DNA of 63,719 nt, the filler included, from Asterionella formosa (taxonomy: Eukaryota), in NCBI GenBank assembly GCA_002256025.1. It is 13 parts of 13 records of this genome, joined end to end, with 100 filler letters (N's around TTAATTAATTAA, not from the genome) between each part and the next. Parts side by side here need not be neighbours in the genome. Positions count along the whole stretch, not along the records: positions 60,772 to 62,195 come from NKIB01002499.1; positions 62,296 to 63,719 come from NKIB01002500.1; 11 more parts are not named here. The stretch is one strand, 5' to 3'. The notes below the pieces were generated by a model. It worked only from the letters and a program-made list of their open reading frames with translations, had not been told where the DNA came from and searched no databases. Positions 60,898-63,719 of the stretch are shown here, piece after piece. Position numbers and translations under genes: made by a program. The first letter of the stretch is position 1; each line of letters begins with the position of its first letter.

Positions 60898-62195
60898 GGG
60901 TCGTTCTTATCATTTTTTTTCGTGTATCACGGAATTTGAATTTTTTTGAAAATGTATCAGCAACGGTAACTCGATTTGAACTGAATTTCATTCATTCCAA
61001 AAGTGTCACTGTATCACTAATTTGTGATCACATTGTATCATGGAGTAAAATGAATCTTCAACGGCAACAGGCTGGCGAAGATCATGTGTATATCCCTCCA
61101 GAATATAATGATGGTCTTGATATCAAGCAACAACAAAATATAATTACCGGGAAACTAAATATAATATTAAAAACACACATTTGCATGAATCATGTCGTCG
61201 CCATTTGATTTACTTGATGATAATGACGATGACAGTAGTGATCTTGATTTCTTCTTCCTCTGTCATTTAACTAAGGAAGCAGAGGAAAAAGAACACTCAT
61301 CCAAACGACAAAGGCGACGCTGTAAACGGCAGCTTCAGTCATCTGAACGACGACGACAACGAAGGCACAAGTGGCACCACGAAAGAATCTCCTGGCAATC
61401 ACATGTCGAGAAACTCAATCACGAGATTGCTTTCGAGAAGACATACAGAATGTCACACAGAGCATTCAAAAAACTCACCTCCATGCTGGAAATTCAGATT
61501 GCAGGGAATTATTCCAAATGTGGCACTTCTGAGCCCATAATTCCCGAAATTGTGGTAGCCATTGGTTTGCGATGGCTGGCTGGTGGCAGTTACATCGACA
61601 TTCGTCATGCCTACGGTTGTAGCATTGCTTCACTTTATCGATGTCGTGATTTGTTCATTGATGCTGTACTAAACTGTGAAGAACTCGAAATTATTTTTCC
61701 AAAAGAAAAAGAAGAATTTATCAAATTGGCTTCCAGCTTTGAATGCAAAAGCTCAGAGGGCGTGATGAGAGGATGTGTTGGTGCTATTGACGGCTTCCTT
61801 GCCACCATCAACCGCCCGACTATAGTTGAAAGTGGCAACAACCCTGGTTCATTTTTTTCCGGTCACTACATGACTTATGGAATCAATGTCCAGGCTGTTT
61901 GTGATGCTGACTCAAGATTTATTTATTTTGGTGTAATTGCACCGGGAAAATGCAGTGACCAAGTAGCTTTTGAAAAAACTTCCATTTTCGATCAAGTTGC
62001 AGCATTCAACACAGGTTTTTATCTGGTCGGCGATGCAGCTTACACATTGTCTGATGTAATGCTTGTTCCCTTTGTTGGCTCACAACGTGATGATCCAACA
62101 CAGGATACATTTAACTTTTTCCTTTCACAGCTAAGGATAAGAATAGAAATGGCATTTGGTCTTCTTCAGACAAAATGGTGTGTTCTGAAAAAAAA
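60898..62195 (+). mobile_element. PIF/Harbinger transposon 5' end (copy 9; target TTA)
   Basis: TTA 60895-60897 then GGGTCG. Confidence 0.93.
61192..62195 (+). CDS. Harbinger/PIF transposase, 3'-partial
   Basis: Same protein as copy 1. Confidence 0.9.
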
Positions 62196-62421
62196 NNNNN
62201 NNNNNNNNNNNNNNNNNNNNNNNNNNNNNNNNNNNNNNNTTAATTAATTAANNNNNNNNNNNNNNNNNNNNNNNNNNNNNNNNNNNNNNNNNNNNCTCAT
62301 CAAGTAGGCTATGTACCGGTACTGGTACCATACCTGGTTTACATTTGATTACCGATGGTTTGCTTCCGACAGTACCAGTACCTGGTACTCCCTGGTACAC
62401 TACAAGTACAATTTGATGTTA

Positions 62422-63719
62422 GGGTCGTTCTTATCATTTTTTTTCGTGTATCACGGAATTTGAATTTTTTTGAAAATGTATCAGCAACGGTAACTCGATT
62501 TGAACTGAATTTCATTCATTCCAAAAGTGTCACTGTATCACTAATTTGTGATCACATTGTATCATGGAGTAAAATGAATCTTCAACGGCAACAGGCTGGC
62601 GAAGATCATGTGTATATCCCTCCAGAATATAATGATGGTCTTGATATCAAGCAACAACAAAATATAATTACCGGGAAACTAAATATAATATTAAAAACAC
62701 ACATTTGCATGAATCATGTCGTCGCCATTTGATTTACTTGATGATAATGACGATGACAGTAGTGATCTTGATTTCTTCTTCCTCTGTCATTTAACTAAGG
62801 AAGCAGAGGAAAAAGAACACTCATCCAAACGACAAAGGCGACGCTGTAAACGGCAGCTTCAGTCATCTGAACGACGACGACAACGAAGGCACAAGTGGCA
62901 CCACGAAAGAATCTCCTGGCAATCACATGTCGAGAAACTCAATCACGAGATTGCTTTCGAGAAGACATACAGAATGTCACACAGAGCATTCAAAAAACTC
63001 ACCTCCATGCTGGAAATTCAGATTGCAGGGAATTATTCCAAATGTGGCACTTCTGAGCCCATAATTCCCGAAATTGTGGTAGCCATTGGTTTGCGATGGC
63101 TGGCTGGTGGCAGTTACATCGACATTCGTCATGCCTACGGTTGTAGCATTGCTTCACTTTATCGATGTCGTGATTTGTTCATTGATGCTGTACTAAACTG
63201 TGAAGAACTCGAAATTATTTTTCCAAAAGAAAAAGAAGAATTTATCAAATTGGCTTCCAGCTTTGAATGCAAAAGCTCAGAGGGCGTGATGAGAGGATGT
63301 GTTGGTGCTATTGACGGCTTCCTTGCCACCATCAACCGCCCGACTATAGTTGAAAGTGGCAACAACCCTGGTTCATTTTTTTCCGGTCACTACATGACTT
63401 ATGGAATCAATGTCCAGGCTGTTTGTGATGCTGACTCAAGATTTATTTATTTTGGTGTAATTGCACCGGGAAAATGCAGTGACCAAGTAGCTTTTGAAAA
63501 AACTTCCATTTTCGATCAAGTTGCAGCATTCAACACAGGTTTTTATCTGGTCGGCGATGCAGCTTACACATTGTCTGATGTAATGCTTGTTCCCTTTGTT
63601 GGCTCACAACGTGATGATCCAACACAGGATACATTTAACTTTTTCCTTTCACAGCTAAGGATAAGAATAGAAATGGCATTTGGTCTTCTTCAGACAAAAT
63701 GGTGTGTTCTGAAAAAAAA
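62422..63719 (+). mobile_element. PIF/Harbinger transposon 5' end (copy 10; target TTA)
   Basis: TTA 62419-62421 then GGGTCG. Confidence 0.93.
62716..63719 (+). CDS. Harbinger/PIF transposase, 3'-partial (runs off window end)
   Basis: ATG at 62716; same sequence as copy 1. Missing from the ORF track because there is no stop codon. Confidence 0.9.
   Translation, partial: MSSPFDLLDDNDDDSSDLDFFFLCHLTKEAEEKEHSSKRQRRRCKRQLQSSERRRQRRHKWHHERISWQSHVEKLNHEIAFEKTYRMSHRAFKKLTSMLEIQIAGNYSKCGTSEPIIPEIVVAIGLRWLAGGSYIDIRHAYGCSIASLYRCRDLFIDAVLNCEELEIIFPKEKEEFIKLASSFECKSSEGVMRGCVGAIDGFLATINRPTIVESGNNPGSFFSGHYMTYGINVQAVCDADSRFIYFGVIAPGKCSDQVAFEKTSIFDQVAAFNTGFYLVGDAAYTLSDVMLVPFVGSQRDDPTQDTFNFFLSQLRIRIEMAFGLLQTKWCVLKK

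Noticed and set aside
48573..63719. Tandem array or CRISPR-like repeat-spacer locus (constant 1298-bp unit with variable 127-bp spacers)
   Set aside because: Units are separate contigs joined by artificial linkers and sorted by length. The variable parts are genomic flanks ending in TWA, and adjacency and orientation carry no biological meaning.

Overview
Eukaryotic nuclear DNA, almost certainly from a diatom (bipartite plastid-targeting peptides, short GT-AG introns, CoDi-type Copia remnant). The window is not one locus. It is 13 scaffolds/contigs joined by artificial 100-bp linkers (N44-TTAATTAATTAA-N44). Scaffold 1 (1-23424) and scaffold 2 (23525-46947) carry about 18 protein genes: fibrillin-like, HAD_SAK_2, DnaJ, a Cys-rich protein, GH5-like, an HA-repeat protein, CreA, UNC-93, VPS33, DCP2, LRR-kinase, CPP1-like, STRAP, Qc-SNARE, O-fucosyltransferase-like, EF-hand adenylate kinase, a 2OG-Fe(II) oxygenase and a METTL21-like methyltransferase. 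They also hold a decayed 28S rRNA fragment and a nested cluster of Plavaka/EnSpm and Copia remnants. Contig 3 (47048-48472) may be a non-autonomous element. The last ten contigs (48573-63719) each hold the same 1298-bp 5' end of a PIF/Harbinger DNA transposon (DD37E transposase, terminus GGGTCGTTCTTATCA) joined at a TTA/TAA target to a different 126-127 bp flank, i.e. ten independent insertion junctions of a very young, probably still mobile family. A second pervasive signal is the TA-CC(W)GG-TA motif, in single and iterated form, which looks like accumulated excision footprints of TA-targeting transposons. All family assignments come from motif recognition by eye; no searches were run.
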